A program made the translations under genes and the position numbers. DNA of 59,094 bases, filler included, from Sphacelaria rigidula (lineage: Eukaryota): NCBI GenBank assembly GCA_964200075.2. It is 5 parts of 5 records of this genome, joined end to end, with 100 filler letters (N's around TTAATTAATTAA, not from the genome) between each part and the next. Parts side by side here need not be neighbours in the genome. Positions count along the whole stretch, not along the records: positions 1 to 11,740 come from CAXNAA020004565.1; 4 more parts are not named here. One strand, written 5' to 3'. This document shows positions 1 to 11,840 of this stretch, piece by piece; within the stretch, counting starts at the first letter, position 1; every line of letters starts with the position of its first letter. The notes beneath the pieces were generated by a model. That model saw nothing but the letters and a program-made list of their open reading frames with translations. It made no database searches and had not been told where the DNA came from.

Positions 1-5
1 ATATA

Positions 6-230
6 GACGGTCTCATCCCTCCCGACCTTCCTAAAATTATTTCGGGGGATTTCCAGCCTTGCGTTCCCCCAAAGGGTATGTGCGAAAGCACGATTTTTGG
101 GTCAAAAAGCGTCCTTTTTTCACCCCCAAAATCGAGGCAAAAGTGTGCTTTCGCACATACCCTTTGGGGGAACGGAAGGCTAGCAATCCCCCGAAATAAT
201 TTTAGGGAGGCCGGGAGGGATGAGGTCGTC
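6..230. mobile_element. Foldback / long-TIR MITE-like element
   Basis: Imperfect inverted repeat with arms of about 85 bp (6-91 vs 145-230), including GTTCCCCCAAAGGGTATGTGCGAAAGCAC / GTGCTTTCGCACATACCCTTTGGGGGAAC. Confidence 0.75.
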
Positions 231-379
231 CACATGAAAGTCTTTTGTCATGAATTAAGGTAAGGGAAAGCACGGCTTTTGAGTTGGACCTCATTTTGTT
301 TTTTACCCACATTTTCGAGAATCCATTGTTAACTGCTGTCGTCAATGGAACGTGTATGCCCATGTACTTACACTCACAG

Positions 380-539
380 TGATGTAATGGAGAGGATGAT
401 AAAGGCAGGGTGCGCGGCTACCTCCGACTTCGAGTGGCTATCTCAGCTGCGCTTCGTGTTTATGCGCGAGGAAGGTCCTTACGGCATTTGCTCTGTCCGG
501 CAGACAAACTGTCAGCTCGAGTACTCCTACGAGTATCAG
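380..539 (+). CDS. DNAH2: Dynein heavy chain exon ([10 protein letters not shown]...EYSYEYQ)
   Basis: cag| acceptor at 379, |gtgagc donor at 540; encodes the FEWLSQLRF and YSYEY motifs that precede AAA1. Confidence 0.93.
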
Positions 540-3500
540 GTGAGCGTATACCTTTCGCATTCCCAACCAACTGCAAGAGTTCGAACTCAGCTCACATATA
601 TGATGCTGCTGTGGAGATTCTTTGTTTGGCTTTCACCTGAGACGTTTGCCACATATGACTGGGCAACACTACAGCCAACACGTTGAGAGGTCTTCAAGAG
701 TTATACGTTCTGCGAAGCTGTACCGATTGCATACGGTATGAGTCACGTGTACAGCTTGTAGTACAGAACTAACGCGGTTATTGCTAAAAGACTCGGGGGC
801 AAGCAAAGCATACACAACGGCCAAACGTCGGCTTCACCTTACTTCTGTGTCCTTTTCACTACAAGTGGTACACCTCACCCCGGATATTTCCCACCACGAA
901 CCAGATGTCTTAACGTTTTTCACTTGTTCGTATTACGTTGCTTGTCTTCTCGTGCGCTCGTGCGTTATTGCGTGCCCTAAGGGAAACAACGGAAGGCTCG
1001 TGGTTACACCGTTAACGGATCGTTGCGTACTGACGCTTACCACTGCAATGTACTTAAACCGCGGCGGCAACCCGCTTGGCCCCGCTGGGACAGGAAAAAC
1101 GGAGACAGTAAAGGTGGAGAACTTCCGGACGCCTTGATGATAGGGACGCGATTTCTTTCGTTTACTTTTGGCGTATCGACATGAAAGAAAATAGTAAAAT
1201 GTGTCGTCCGAGCTATGAAGAAAATCGGCTATTTCAATGAAAATCAGCGGTACTTTTTGGTACCTCCAAGTGCTGTGCGTGGTGTGATGGGTGGAATGCC
1301 ACAACAAGGTAGCACGCGCGCGATCAGTATGGCAGATTGCTTGCAACGACGCCGATCCTGGTATTCCTCAATTTCTCCTGCAACACACAAGAGCATTATG
1401 GTGTGGAATGATGCCGCGTGGGGCATAAGCTCTGTAACAGACATAACGATTGACTTGCCGGCGATTGCTCTTTTCAAGGTAGGTAGACGGTCGTTTTGTA
1501 GTGTGATTGCAGACGTTTGCTTCATTCTGGAACAACAAGTCGCATTTGAAGAATCACGTCAAAGGCACGCTCAACCGTCGATGTGCACCCAGTGTATCTT
1601 GTAAGTCTCTGTGAGCCAATGACGCATATTAGCCCGTGGCACCATGGTCATTTTTGGTGTGAAGTTCTTGTGGTTGATTGAGCCAAGTCCATTGAGTGTG
1701 ATACATGAATGATAGACGTGATAATCATTCGCAATCGGGAACCCCAAAACGACCAAATGAACTTCGGGAGGAGTGCTTATTGATGCGTACTGCTTTGGCT
1801 TATAATTGGTGTTGTGGCAGGAAGCTCACATATTTTGGTCGGCGAATCGATTTAAAAGTCTCGCACTTGGAGCACGCGATTGAGCCATGCCCCTGGACAA
1901 AACTTACACCGCTATTGATTCCTCGGATATCTGTTAGAGTAACTCTGTCCCATGCGCGAAAGCATACAGCCAAGCACGTGTTGGCCATCAACGTCCGATG
2001 TGCGCTGTAGAAAACGTTTTCCTCGAAAGGTGTCCCTGGTGAAACGCTAACCGTGATGAAACTTCATCATTTTCCCATGACCCGGTCTGGTTGCACACAG
2101 GATTTGGGTAAGAACTTGGCTAAGTACGTCGTGGTGATCAATTGTTCCGACGGGCAAGACTACAAGTCGGTCGGGAGGGTCTTCTCCGGTCTGGTACAGT
2201 CCGGCAGCTGGGGATGCTTCGACGAATTCAACCGTATCAAGATCGAAGTGATTTCAGTCGTTGCTGTCCAGGTAAAACGGCATACTCAACCATGTCGACC
2301 ATTTTTCGCCGAGATGCTGACGCACCCAAGTGTCAAGCGCTCCGTCGTCAAAAGCGAGGCATGCATGTTTCAAGCACTGGTGTAATATATTCGATGGAAT
2401 CGAGGTTGATCGTTTCGAGTACCAACACGTTTTTGAATTTTGTCGAGTCCTGTAGATGGGGATATTGCTGCTTTTGTGAATCTACTGACCTAGTTGGGCA
2501 CTCGCGGGTACTGTATTCCAATCCGTCGAAATTGCATGTGCGTAGAAGTCGTGTTTCCGGTATATAGTTTGGAAATTGTTCCAAGTCTACAACATGTGCT
2601 TTTGGTCCTTATGCATCGATCCCGCGAAGTTGAGGATGAACTCTTGCTTGTCAAACAAATACACACAACACACAAGTGCCTAACACCCCACGCAACGACG
2701 CAGACATCTTGCTCTTTATCCGAGTATAAATGGTCCTGATGGAACTTGATTCTCCTCGCAGGTGTTGTCCATCTTGAATGCCTTGAGCGCGAAAAAGGAG
2801 TCCCTCATGTTTATGGGTAACATGATAAAATGCAACCGGAATTGCGGTATCTTCATCACCATGAACCCTGGTTACGCCGGCAGAACAGAGCTACCGGACA
2901 ATCTCAAGGTACGCCGAGCACACACATCAGGGGCGTATATCAGTAATAGGTACAGTGGGAAATCTCCTTTTCCCTGACGGGCATTTGTTGTGTCTGTGTG
3001 CTTCCATACACCCCACTTCTTTCACTAAGCGTGAGCACACTGAGCACAACGTACACGCGGGGGGATCTACTACAGTATGTCCTTGTCAATCGTGGGTATA
3101 CGAAGAAGTTCGGCCTAGTAATGTGTATTGTGTTGGGGAATTTGTTGATTCTAGAGTCGCTCCTCATGTTCTGAATGACCAGTGTATATATTTTGCCCAA
3201 AGTACGGTGTACTCTTTTAATTCTGACGTGGGACGCCGCATCGATCTATAGAGTGATTGAATGGCCGCCGCATATGAACCGGTCGCCCCGGTGGCTCAGT
3301 TGGTAACCTCGAAACCTTCTGACGGTTGGGTCGTGGCTTTGAACCACGAAGCGCTCTGTTATTTTTTCTCACACCATGCTCAACAGTTGAGAGCGACTAT
3401 GCCGGGGGTACACAAAATTGGACTCAACAGTCGACGAGGGAAATGTACTGCTGTGTACTTCTCGCGATAAGAAACAAGGACAAGCACCGCAGAAGGGAGG

Positions 3501-6500
3501 TGGATACCTTATGAGAATAAAAGAAGAAAAACGCCTGTATTGGCAATCCTCCTGTGTGTCCCCAGCTGGTGCGCCCAAATATACCAAAATGTATGGACCG
3601 GCATCTAGAATAGATGGGGTGACAGCACACATGAAATGACTCGCTACAAGTGCAGTCATGGTCACAATTTCATGGGAAATAATCACCTATGGAGACTTGA
3701 GAGAAAGGACAGAAGGACAGAAGAAAGCGAAAAACAAAAGAGCATAAGTAAGCTGAAATAGGCGCAGCGCTAAGTGCTCGTAGCGCTCCTGACAGACCTT
3801 TGCCAGGGCTCAAGCTTGGAGGTCGAACAAAACAGGCAAATCGAGAAGCAAATTGCGATTCAGCTGTCATGAGACCTCAATATTAGGTAGGCCCATTCTA
3901 CGACGAACTCTTCAGGAAGGGAACGTGAACACTGACAATTTCAAAGATGTGCAAAACCGAAAACGAAAACAACATAACGAAAAAAGGCAGAAAAGAGAAA
4001 GAAAAAAGGAAGAAAATGAAATGCGGAAAAAACAGAAAGGCAAAAAAGAAAAAGATAAGTCGAGCAATAAGTATCGAAAGAAATCCAGGAGGAAACAGCG
4101 TTAGGAAGTAGAGCTACGTTTACAACCGATGGAGGGGATACACGAGAACTAATACTCGTACCTTTTCGGCTACAGGTGGATATCTTGTCTTGCTGCTTGA
4201 GGCCCACTCTTATGACTTATGTTAAGCTTCGGTCTGGTGACGCTTCAAATGCCTGCTCAAGTCAAAAAGGATGTTCTCCATCACGAGGAGAATGATGGAT
4301 GAAGTACACAGCCCACCTAGCGCTTGCTGCAATCGGATTTTCCAGTACATCCTCAAGCGTGGTTGGCCCGGTTTTACAGAATCACGTCTGGGACATATAA
4401 TGTTGCTCGTTAGATGTGAGCAGACGCTGCATCGCCCATGAAAGCGCAGGAGCAACCGTTCAGTGCATCAATGCGTGGTTTTATACTGCACCATACCACA
4501 CCTTGACAAGCCCCGTTGCTGTGTCTCCAAGTCGTATCAAAATCATGTGGTGAAAAAATGTGACATAGATGTCGTGAGTTGATTATCTACTTTTCTTTCG
4601 TGTCAGTCTGATGAATCTGCAGTGCGTGTCGCTCATTTGTAGCATACGATTTTGATTAACTCTGTGTAACATTTGTAAAATATTTGCATTCAAAGATGAC
4701 AATACCTGCGTGTCGTATACGAATTATTTCATTGACCGCCAAACTACCTGCGCGTTGTACTGCGCGTAAGGTATGGATCATATCATGACAAACTTTGCTT
4801 ATATTTGGCTTGCGTTTGGTGTCTAACTTCTGGCCAGGCTTTGATGAGACCTGTCGCCATGATGACTCCCGATTTGGCGATGATCGCTGAAGTGATGCTC
4901 GCTGCTGAGGGCTTCAGAGAGGCCCGAATTCTCGCCAAAAAGACCGTTACATTGTACAGCCTCATGATCCAGCAGCTGTCTAAACAGGTAAGCATGACTG
5001 TCACGAAGCTGCGCATAACGTCCACATGTATAGATATTGAAACTAGGGTTCTAATGCCACGTACAGGGAGGTTAGTATTTCAACAAAAAGCGGCGGCTGC
5101 GCTGTACAGGCTGATGACCCGACAGCGTTCCGAACAAGTGGGTAGAATCGACTCCAGGCACCCTCGCGTGGCGGCAGAGTGTATCAGCGCAAGACACGAT
5201 TGAGCTGAGGGCATCCGAGCAATGCTACAGTAGGGGTGCACTTTTTTCGCGAAATTATGTCTAGTTCAGGGGCTCCTGACGATTCACGATGTACAAAAAC
5301 ATGGCTCAAGACATCCCCGTTAGCAAATTCATTTGGGATATCCCCAGCCATTTGGAGTAGTAGCCCTGGCGTACTTTCACATATTTTCATAGGTCGCGTT
5401 TTGCATGAGATTAAGGGCTCCTACCAATTCTAACCTCAGAAAATATTTGTTCACCCCTACCGTAGCATCACTCACCCCCCCCTGGTGTTACAATGCAAGA
5501 GTATTTAGATGATCACAGCCCCCAGTTTATCATAGCGCATTATGATAGGGTCACGACTGTATTAAAACCCGCACGCGTTGCTTTATCCCTCGCCATCCAA
5601 AATCTTCGCCTTTAGGATCACTACGACTACGGTCTGCGAAATTTGAAGGCAGTGCTCAACATGGCGGGCGCCTTGAAAAGGGCCGACCCCAACATGAACG
5701 AGGAGGCGATTCTCATGCGTGCTTTGAGGTATGGTGTGACGACCATAAACACCCTCTGGTAGTGAACTCTGTACTTCATGGTTGACCGCGGTGATGGATC
5801 GCAAGATATGCCGGTGTTTGTGAGGGAGCTAGGATGGTTATCCGACAAACCGATTCTGTCTATTCCACGTCCGAGCGATGGATGAAGTTGCAGACAGAGC
5901 CAATGGGCTTCAGTGAAACATTTGTTTTTGTTCTTGACATACGTTCAACCCCTCCCCTCGCTTCGGGGCGAGCGTGTGGTCTCATGGGATCAACCCATCT
6001 ATCTCTCCCGCTGCAACCGCCTTGCAATTTTGGTACGCAGGTTGGATCATAACCATCCGCACTCCCATACCGTGTCGATTCTCGTCGACTGCACTGTTTT
6101 TACTATTCATGTTCTCACGTTTTCAACGACGGGAATCCAATACTCTTCCCGATTGAACTCGTCTTTTCCCGGTCTAATGGCATCAGTCGAACCACTAAAC
6201 CGCCGGGGCGCGGCAGCACTGCTTCTGGAATACTAAAACACCGGCTAGATCGTGTAGGAATTGCGCACGGGCTAGGACCGTCACAAAGTCTACCTTCCGC
6301 GTATGATTGTAGCAGGTCGAAGTCAGGCCTATATATTTGCACACCGTGTAGCACAGTTCAGTCAGCTGGTGTCTGGCATTCGAGTCACCTCGCAAGTACT
6401 GCAGTTTGACCTTACAAAGAATACAGCTCACCTCGTATGTGACTGCATCTACATCGTCTTCTACAAGTGCATGCAGCGCGCGCACCGTGGATTCACGTTC

Positions 6501-9500
6501 CTCTGCTCTTTCATCCGATTCACCCGTCCGCGTTCAATCATTGACTTGTTTTGCTCTCGTTTCCCCCCCTCTTGAACCAACGTTCAGAGACATGAACTTG
6601 CCCAAGTTTATAAAGGATGATGAGCGCTTATTCCGCCTCCTGTTGGGCGATCTGTTTCCTTCCCTGGAACTTCCGGTTCCGGAGTACGGCGCACTACAGG
6701 TATGGAGACCCGGGAACATACCGCGAATTTTCCTTCATGTCTACACCCAGATCCTGAGAAAATAAGTGTCGCCGGGGGATTTGGTTGGTTCAACTGCTTC
6801 CTGAACTCAACTGGACGGGGTCGTTTGAGCATTCATCGGGGAGGCGTTGAATCGTTGCGGTTTGTCTGCCCTTTCAGGCGAACGCGTTTTGTTTCGCTGC
6901 ACTCCCCCGCCCCCCTCCCCTCGCTCGTTGGTATCGACGCTGCCATGTAAAATATGCTGAAGTAGAAATCAATGGTCTGAATACAAGGCGATGCCTAACC
7001 GAGTCCCTGAGTATGTACATAAACATGTTGTAAACTCGATAACCGTGTATGTTTTTTGCGCACAACTTCATCACGCGTTCCGAGTGACCGTTGTCAGGAC
7101 ACATCTGAACGTTGGCCACAACGTCGTCCTGGTCGTGGGTTCCACGGCATAAGGCACGTTCCAACTGTCTTTCGCCTCCCAATGTTTTCCAGTGTTTTCG
7201 AATCTAAGTTTAAGCGTGATGTGTAATCTGGTTGAGCAGGATTTGACACATTGGAGTCACTGGAGTTGAACATCATTAGAACAGACACTGGGTTTTCGTT
7301 CGATATTTGATTGAAAATGAATACGTTTAAACGTCCGGGGCAATGTTCCGTGGTTTGGGACGAGCCTAGTGCTTGATCGAGTTTCTGTACAAATCTGGAA
7401 CAACGAATGGAAGGTGGCTGTTGAAACGGAGCTGAGGGACAAGCGTCTGCAACAGCACCCGTTCCTGATCATGAAGATCATACAGCTCTCGGATTCGCAG
7501 CTCACCAGGCACTGCAACATGCTCGTCGGAAGGTACACTTTAGGTTAAAGAGGTACCTGCTGCTTCGCTTTACTGGAGGGCGCCACTTGACGAGTGATTT
7601 TACATGCCGTTGCTCTCGAACGGTTCCAGTCAGCATCGAGGGTTCACCGCACATTTGAACATGAAATATTCGGTCCGTATGCATCTCCGCTGTAAATCAT
7701 GCTAATTGCTCAATTCGTTAGTTTCGCACGCTTTTTTCCGATGAATTTTGTCGATAGAAAGATTTCGATACAGTACGGAAATCTCTATCCTATTTCATGA
7801 CCTCAACGTAGGCGCGCAGATATGCATGGGATAGGAAAGCCAGTAATACGTACCGCCACGAGTAGAATTATCTCTTCTCGAGATGGTATGCTACTTTCGA
7901 TGCAGTAGTATGTTCTGGACCTGACCAATAAGTGGCAACCCATCGCACAACTGCACTCCGACCCTGCAGCTGTCCGGAATCACTGTTCCCACTTGCCTAT
8001 AACTTCGGGGTATGTGAATTCCTCGATTCATTCGAACACATGTCTCGCCTTGAATCAGGCGCAAACAAATGCATACCCTGGTGCGTCCGCGTCGATCTGT
8101 TGTACAAGTATGTAGGTACCATGCCGTCGTGGTGAAGGACTGCGGTACACCAATATTCGAATCGTAGGTCGAGCCACAATTGCAACGGCCACTTCAGAAT
8201 CGATCGGTTGGTCACATACTTCCGATCTGTCACTATAGCCAAAAAATGTGTTTGACTCTATACTCGCGCGCGCCCGAAGATAGCTCTTCAGGATCATGTC
8301 CGCTTTATCTACGCCACGAACCCCCAACCAGTCACGCTGTGCTCGATTCTGTATCACACGTGCTTCTGAAAAATACCCGGTCAGAACCATGTCGGGCAAA
8401 TCTGTGGCATGGAAGACACTGATGAACGCCAAGACGCAGATGCACAAGGACGGCGTTGAGGGCTACCATCCGGTCAGTTTCAAGCACATACGCTGCTTAC
8501 TTCCGCACCCTTCCGGCTGCGAAACGAGTTGAAACTCGGTCGCGATAGGTCACACGGTGCACTTACAATTACCGGGTGCGGCAGTGACCGTGAGCGCAAA
8601 AAACACAAAGCGGAGCGCCAGAGAAACATGATGGATATATATCATTACATATATTGGTAGCACGCAAGAGCACACGCAACCCGACGCGGTCGGAAGGGAA
8701 CCACTCTTTAGCAATTTGCTCTGCGATCTGTGCACGCCCGCAAAATCCACTGAGGGTGCGACTTCGAACCGTCACGAACATTCACCGATAGTGCTATGTG
8801 TGGATTCTTCTGATGTTAGATGAAGACGCAAATTTGCCGTGACGCGAAGGGTTAGGACTCGAACAATCCGGCTCACGGAAGATTCGGGGTAAACTTCCCC
8901 CAAGTACTGCACTATTTGTCGCCGATTCCGTAGTCGTCGTCATCATCACGTTTTTTCAAAGATCAGAAACTCAAAATGATCTGATTCGGTTAACGTTCGA
9001 TAGCATTAAAGTTACCCTTTTGATGTCCAGTATTACCTACCCGTTTCGCCAGACGTTCCTGAGTACGTAGCTCGCCTGCTGTTTACTGCGCAATATCCAT
9101 ATTGTAACATTTTTCATCGGCACGCGGGAGGGAACACAAAACCCCCGCATGAAAAGCATGACTCCGTAGTTACACAGAATTGACGGTCACTGGCGGCGAC
9201 AAATATTTGCAAGGGCAGCCGTTTTACTTGTGCCTCCGGTGTTGTTTGCAGGTTCATCCTCTGGTGATTAACCCGAAGTCGGTGACCCTGAGCGAGCTTT
9301 ACGGTGCGTACGACCTGGCCACCTTCGAGTGGGCCGATGGTATCCTGTCCACCATCTTCAAGCAGTCCGCAGAGTCGGACAAGCCAGATGAGAAGGTGAA
9401 TCATAGGGCAAATGCCCGCAAAAGAACATATCTCTTGTACAGGAGGTGTTCTACTTGAGGGGCGAACCATTTTTTTGCCGAATCCCGAAATAGAGCGGTC

Positions 9501-10930
9501 AAAGTGGCCGCGCATAACACCAGCTCCGCTGTCGTATGCTCGAAAGTAGTTGTACTGATATTCGGGGGTCCCACACCCCTACGATGGAAAATTGACCCCA
9601 TTGCGCCTCGAGATAATTCTTGTGAGAATGATTATTTGTTGCTTGAATCCATATGTTGAAGATTCTCAGTCACCGTGGTAAGATGACCTTTTGCGTCGGG
9701 CCTCCTCTTTTGCAGCTACACCTTGGGTAATTACTGAATGAAGGTAATGCACACTATATCTCGTGGAAGATTGTCAGCGATTCCTGAAATATATATATAT
9801 ATATATATATTATTTTCTTTGCCAGGATTTTGCGTAGTGTCCGTACTTGAGTACTGAGTTAAAGCTCGGATCAGATTTTCATCACAGTCAGTGATAATTT
9901 GCGCCGGCATGTTTCTACCCGGTTTTGCAGCGTTTCCTCAGTGTTACGCGACATCCCGTTGGTGCTGCACTTGAAATTTTGAATCAAATGTTGCAGTCGT
10001 TTCCCGTCAGTCAGAGAGTCTGGCGCGCTTTCATCTAAACTATGCTGCGGGTTCCTCTTGCATTGGTCGTCACTATGCATTTCGTATGTTTTCAGCGAGA
10101 AACTTCATTGGCATCCTGTCGTGGTTATCGGTGCGTTCCTTTCCCAATGTTCAAGCCCAAAATATCAAAGCTTCTCTAGCAACCATCGCTGTGTTTTCCT
10201 GCGCGCTTCCAACTAGGTCGTGATAATCGATGGGTTGGTTGATCATTTGTAGAATACCGCGCCCCGGTGATCGAATGCTACAACTGACACCGCTAGGGTG
10301 GAAAGAACACGGGTTCGATTCCCGCCAGGTGCGGTTGCACTTTTTTTTTCAAGTCTCTGCCTTCCGCCGTTGAAAGCGTGCGGGGGTGAGTAGCAGAGAG
10401 AGTTTGTTTAACTGAGTTTTCTTGACGAGAGTCGACGCTGTGCGGGAGTACTGATGGTCATGATCCAATCCGCGACACCAAGTGCAAGGCGTGTACCGGG
10501 GGAGGGATGGTTTGATCCCATGGCACCACGGACTCGTCCCCCCCAGGAATGGAGGGGGTTAACATTATGACTGAGAACGAAACGTTGTGTAGGGAAAGTA
10601 ATCAAGCTCTATTTTTGGCGAGATTTCGTCAGCGAAACTGCGCTAAATGAGCAGTTCGCCGGGTCTCTTGGTTTCTGACACAAGCATCGTGGCAACATCG
10701 ACCCTGTGGTAGCCTAGCACACGATTTGAGGATATATATGCTCGTGGTGTATACTGTTGTGACTTATTTTTCATGTGCGACTACTCCCCGTGAAGGTATC
10801 CAACAGCTTGGCAATCAAAACGCTGACACTTCTACACATGACCATTCGTTATCTGCAGTGGATCATGTTCGATGGACCTATTGACGCCCTGTGGATCGAG
10901 AGCATGAACTCCGTCATGGATGACAACAAG
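380..10930 (+). CDS. DNAH2: Axonemal dynein heavy chain, DNAH2 / inner-arm I1(f)-beta-like; internal fragment covering end of linker, AAA1 and AAA2 in 11 exons: 380-539, 982-1113, 2101-2271, 2762-2908, 4838-4987, 5616-5728, 6588-6699, 7414-7532, 8385-8472, 9252-9395, 10859-10930
   Basis: All exons have AG/GT boundaries with compatible phases and splice into one ORF. It contains the dynein hallmarks [12 protein letters not shown]1 loop [53 protein letters not shown]2 loop GRTMSGKS, INPKS, WADGILS and [21 protein letters not shown]. The [11 protein letters not shown] and [13 protein letters not shown] segments resemble DNAH2-type chains as I recall them, so the subfamily call is less certain than the family call. 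The gene runs off both contig ends. Confidence 0.95.
982..1113 (+). CDS. DNAH2: Dynein heavy chain exon containing the AAA1 P-loop
   Basis: [15 protein letters not shown]...[12 protein letters not shown]; taag| acceptor and |gtggag donor; 132 nt. Confidence 0.95.
2101..2271 (+). CDS. DNAH2: Dynein heavy chain exon containing AAA1 Walker B
   Basis: [20 protein letters not shown]...[21 protein letters not shown]; cag| and |gtaaaa; 171 nt. Confidence 0.95.
2762..2908 (+). CDS. DNAH2: Dynein heavy chain exon (AAA1 sensor region)
   Basis: VLSILNALS...[21 protein letters not shown]; cag| and |gtacgc; 147 nt. Confidence 0.95.
3279..3631 (+). mobile_element. tRNA-derived SINE, family 1 (full length, intronic)
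   Basis: tRNA-like head GCCCCGGTGGCTCAGTTGG (A box) with a degenerate B box; body and CA-rich tail are homologous to 21924-22308, 23510-23580 and 43959-44035. Confidence 0.8.
4838..4987 (+). CDS. DNAH2: Dynein heavy chain exon
   Basis: [21 protein letters not shown]...QQLSKQ; cag| and |gtaagc; 150 nt. Confidence 0.95.
5218..5472 (+). mobile_element. MITE with TIR AG..ATGCTACGGTAGGGGTG
   Basis: Termini AGCAATGCTACAGTAGGGGTG / CACCCCTACCGTAGCATCACT; homologous copies at 33737-33965 (reverse) and 23681-23752 (partial). Confidence 0.8.
5616..5728 (+). CDS. DNAH2: Dynein heavy chain exon (absent from the ORF track)
   Basis: [37 protein letters not shown](R); tttag| and |gtatgg; ends in phase 2. 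Confidence 0.95.
5921..6211 (-). mobile_element. tRNA-derived SINE, family 2
   Basis: Reverse complement begins GCGCCCCGGCGGTTTAGTGG...GAGTTCAATC and aligns by eye with 10259-10582 along the whole body (GACGAGA.TCGAC, GATGGT.ATGATCCAA, TTGATCCCATG). Confidence 0.7.
6588..6699 (+). CDS. DNAH2: Dynein heavy chain exon
   Basis: [24 protein letters not shown]...YGALQ; cag| and |gtatgg; starts in phase 2. Confidence 0.93.
7414..7532 (+). CDS. DNAH2: Dynein heavy chain exon (start of AAA2; absent from the ORF track)
   Basis: [39 protein letters not shown](R); aag| acceptor (atypically purine-rich) and |gtacac donor. Confidence 0.88.
8385..8472 (+). CDS. DNAH2: Dynein heavy chain exon containing the AAA2 P-loop
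   Basis: [29 protein letters not shown]; cag| and |gtcagt; its phase-2 start joins the previous exon to give GRTMSGKS. Confidence 0.9.
9252..9395 (+). CDS. DNAH2: Dynein heavy chain exon
   Basis: [36 protein letters not shown]...PDEK; cag| and |gtgaat; 144 nt. Confidence 0.95.
10259..10582 (+). mobile_element. tRNA-derived SINE, family 2
   Basis: GCGCCCCGGTGATCGAATGC...GGGTTCGATTCCCG (B box) followed by a T-run; body homologous to 5921-6211 on the minus strand. Confidence 0.7.
10859..10930 (+). CDS. DNAH2: Dynein heavy chain exon (AAA2 Walker B region)
   Basis: [24 protein letters not shown]; cag| and |gtgagc; 72 nt. Confidence 0.95.
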
Positions 10931-11081
10931 GTGAGCAAGGACAATCAGCAAGGCGATACGGTCGGGGGGGGGGGGGATCTCACTTTCCATGAACGCGCTA
11001 GCTGCTCGATCGCTTCGTCGCGAAACTCACCCTTGATGTTGAGTCGTTCATCAGACGTTTAGAACGTAGCTAATGCAGGGG

Positions 11082-11274
11082 TGTAATGCGTGGGAAGACC
11101 GCGTGCTTAGAGGACCGCATCGGAATTTAAACACGCCTATGGTTAGGGTCAGGGTTAGGGTTAGGGTTAGGGTCCCTACAGGGACGGACCCGATTGGTTT
11201 TGAAAAGCATCGATCCTGAGGTCTTTTGAACTACGGTGCGGTCCTCTAGGCACGCAGTCCTTCCATGCATTACA
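11082..11274 (+). mobile_element. MITE carrying internal (TTAGGG)n
   Basis: TIR TGTAATGCGTGGGAAGACCGCGTGCTTAGAGGACCGC / GCGGTCCTCTAGGCACGCAGTCCTTCCATGCATTACA; about 5 telomeric units inside; second copy at 28762-28978. Confidence 0.85.
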
Positions 11275-11740
11275 GGAGCTCATTCATCCTAATAGCTTGA
11301 AATTGTCTCCGACTCCAGATTGCAGTTGTTTTTTGTGCAGTAGCGTGCGCATCAGTAGTAGAACATACAATAGTCAGCGTCAGAAGTATGCAGGATCCGT
11401 GATTTCTTAGTTTCTCAAAGATTGTCCAAATTTGTTTTGCTTGCCACCATTCATCACAATGACTGTTGGATGCCAAAAAGTGGGCATTCGGAGATATTCT
11501 ATACCTCTTGACAAATATTGGAAGAAACATTATCTGCGATCAATAATGAGTGACTTACGGGCTTGACCGATCTTCGGGGATCCTGCGAAAATACGACCCC
11601 AGGCTCTGGCTTTCCGGTATTTTCGGTGGACAGACTCGATCCGGATAATATAAAAGAAGACTCAAAAACGATTGTTTTTTCGAAAGTCCACCTATTCACT
11701 GCGCTAAAGCAGGAAAACTATGTTTCTTGGACCATTTACG

Positions 11741-11840
11741 NNNNNNNNNNNNNNNNNNNNNNNNNNNNNNNNNNNNNNNNNNNNTTAATTAATTAANNNN
11801 NNNNNNNNNNNNNNNNNNNNNNNNNNNNNNNNNNNNNNNN
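11741..11840. other. Artificial contig-joining spacer (N44-TTAATTAATTAA-N44)
   Basis: 100-bp spacer whose 12-mer gives stop codons in all six frames; identical at four positions in the window. Confidence 0.98.

Noticed and set aside
3853..4104. Lys/Arg-rich ORF
   Set aside because: Translation of an A-rich low-complexity intronic tract inside the dynein gene
11141..11172. TTAGGG arrays as a true telomere or chromosome-fusion scar (also 28821-28870)
   Set aside because: The arrays are short and enclosed by the same TIRs in both places; they are transposon cargo
11785..11796. TTAATTAATTAA as a biological motif
   Set aside because: It always sits at the centre of a 100-bp N spacer; it is an assembly linker with stops in all frames
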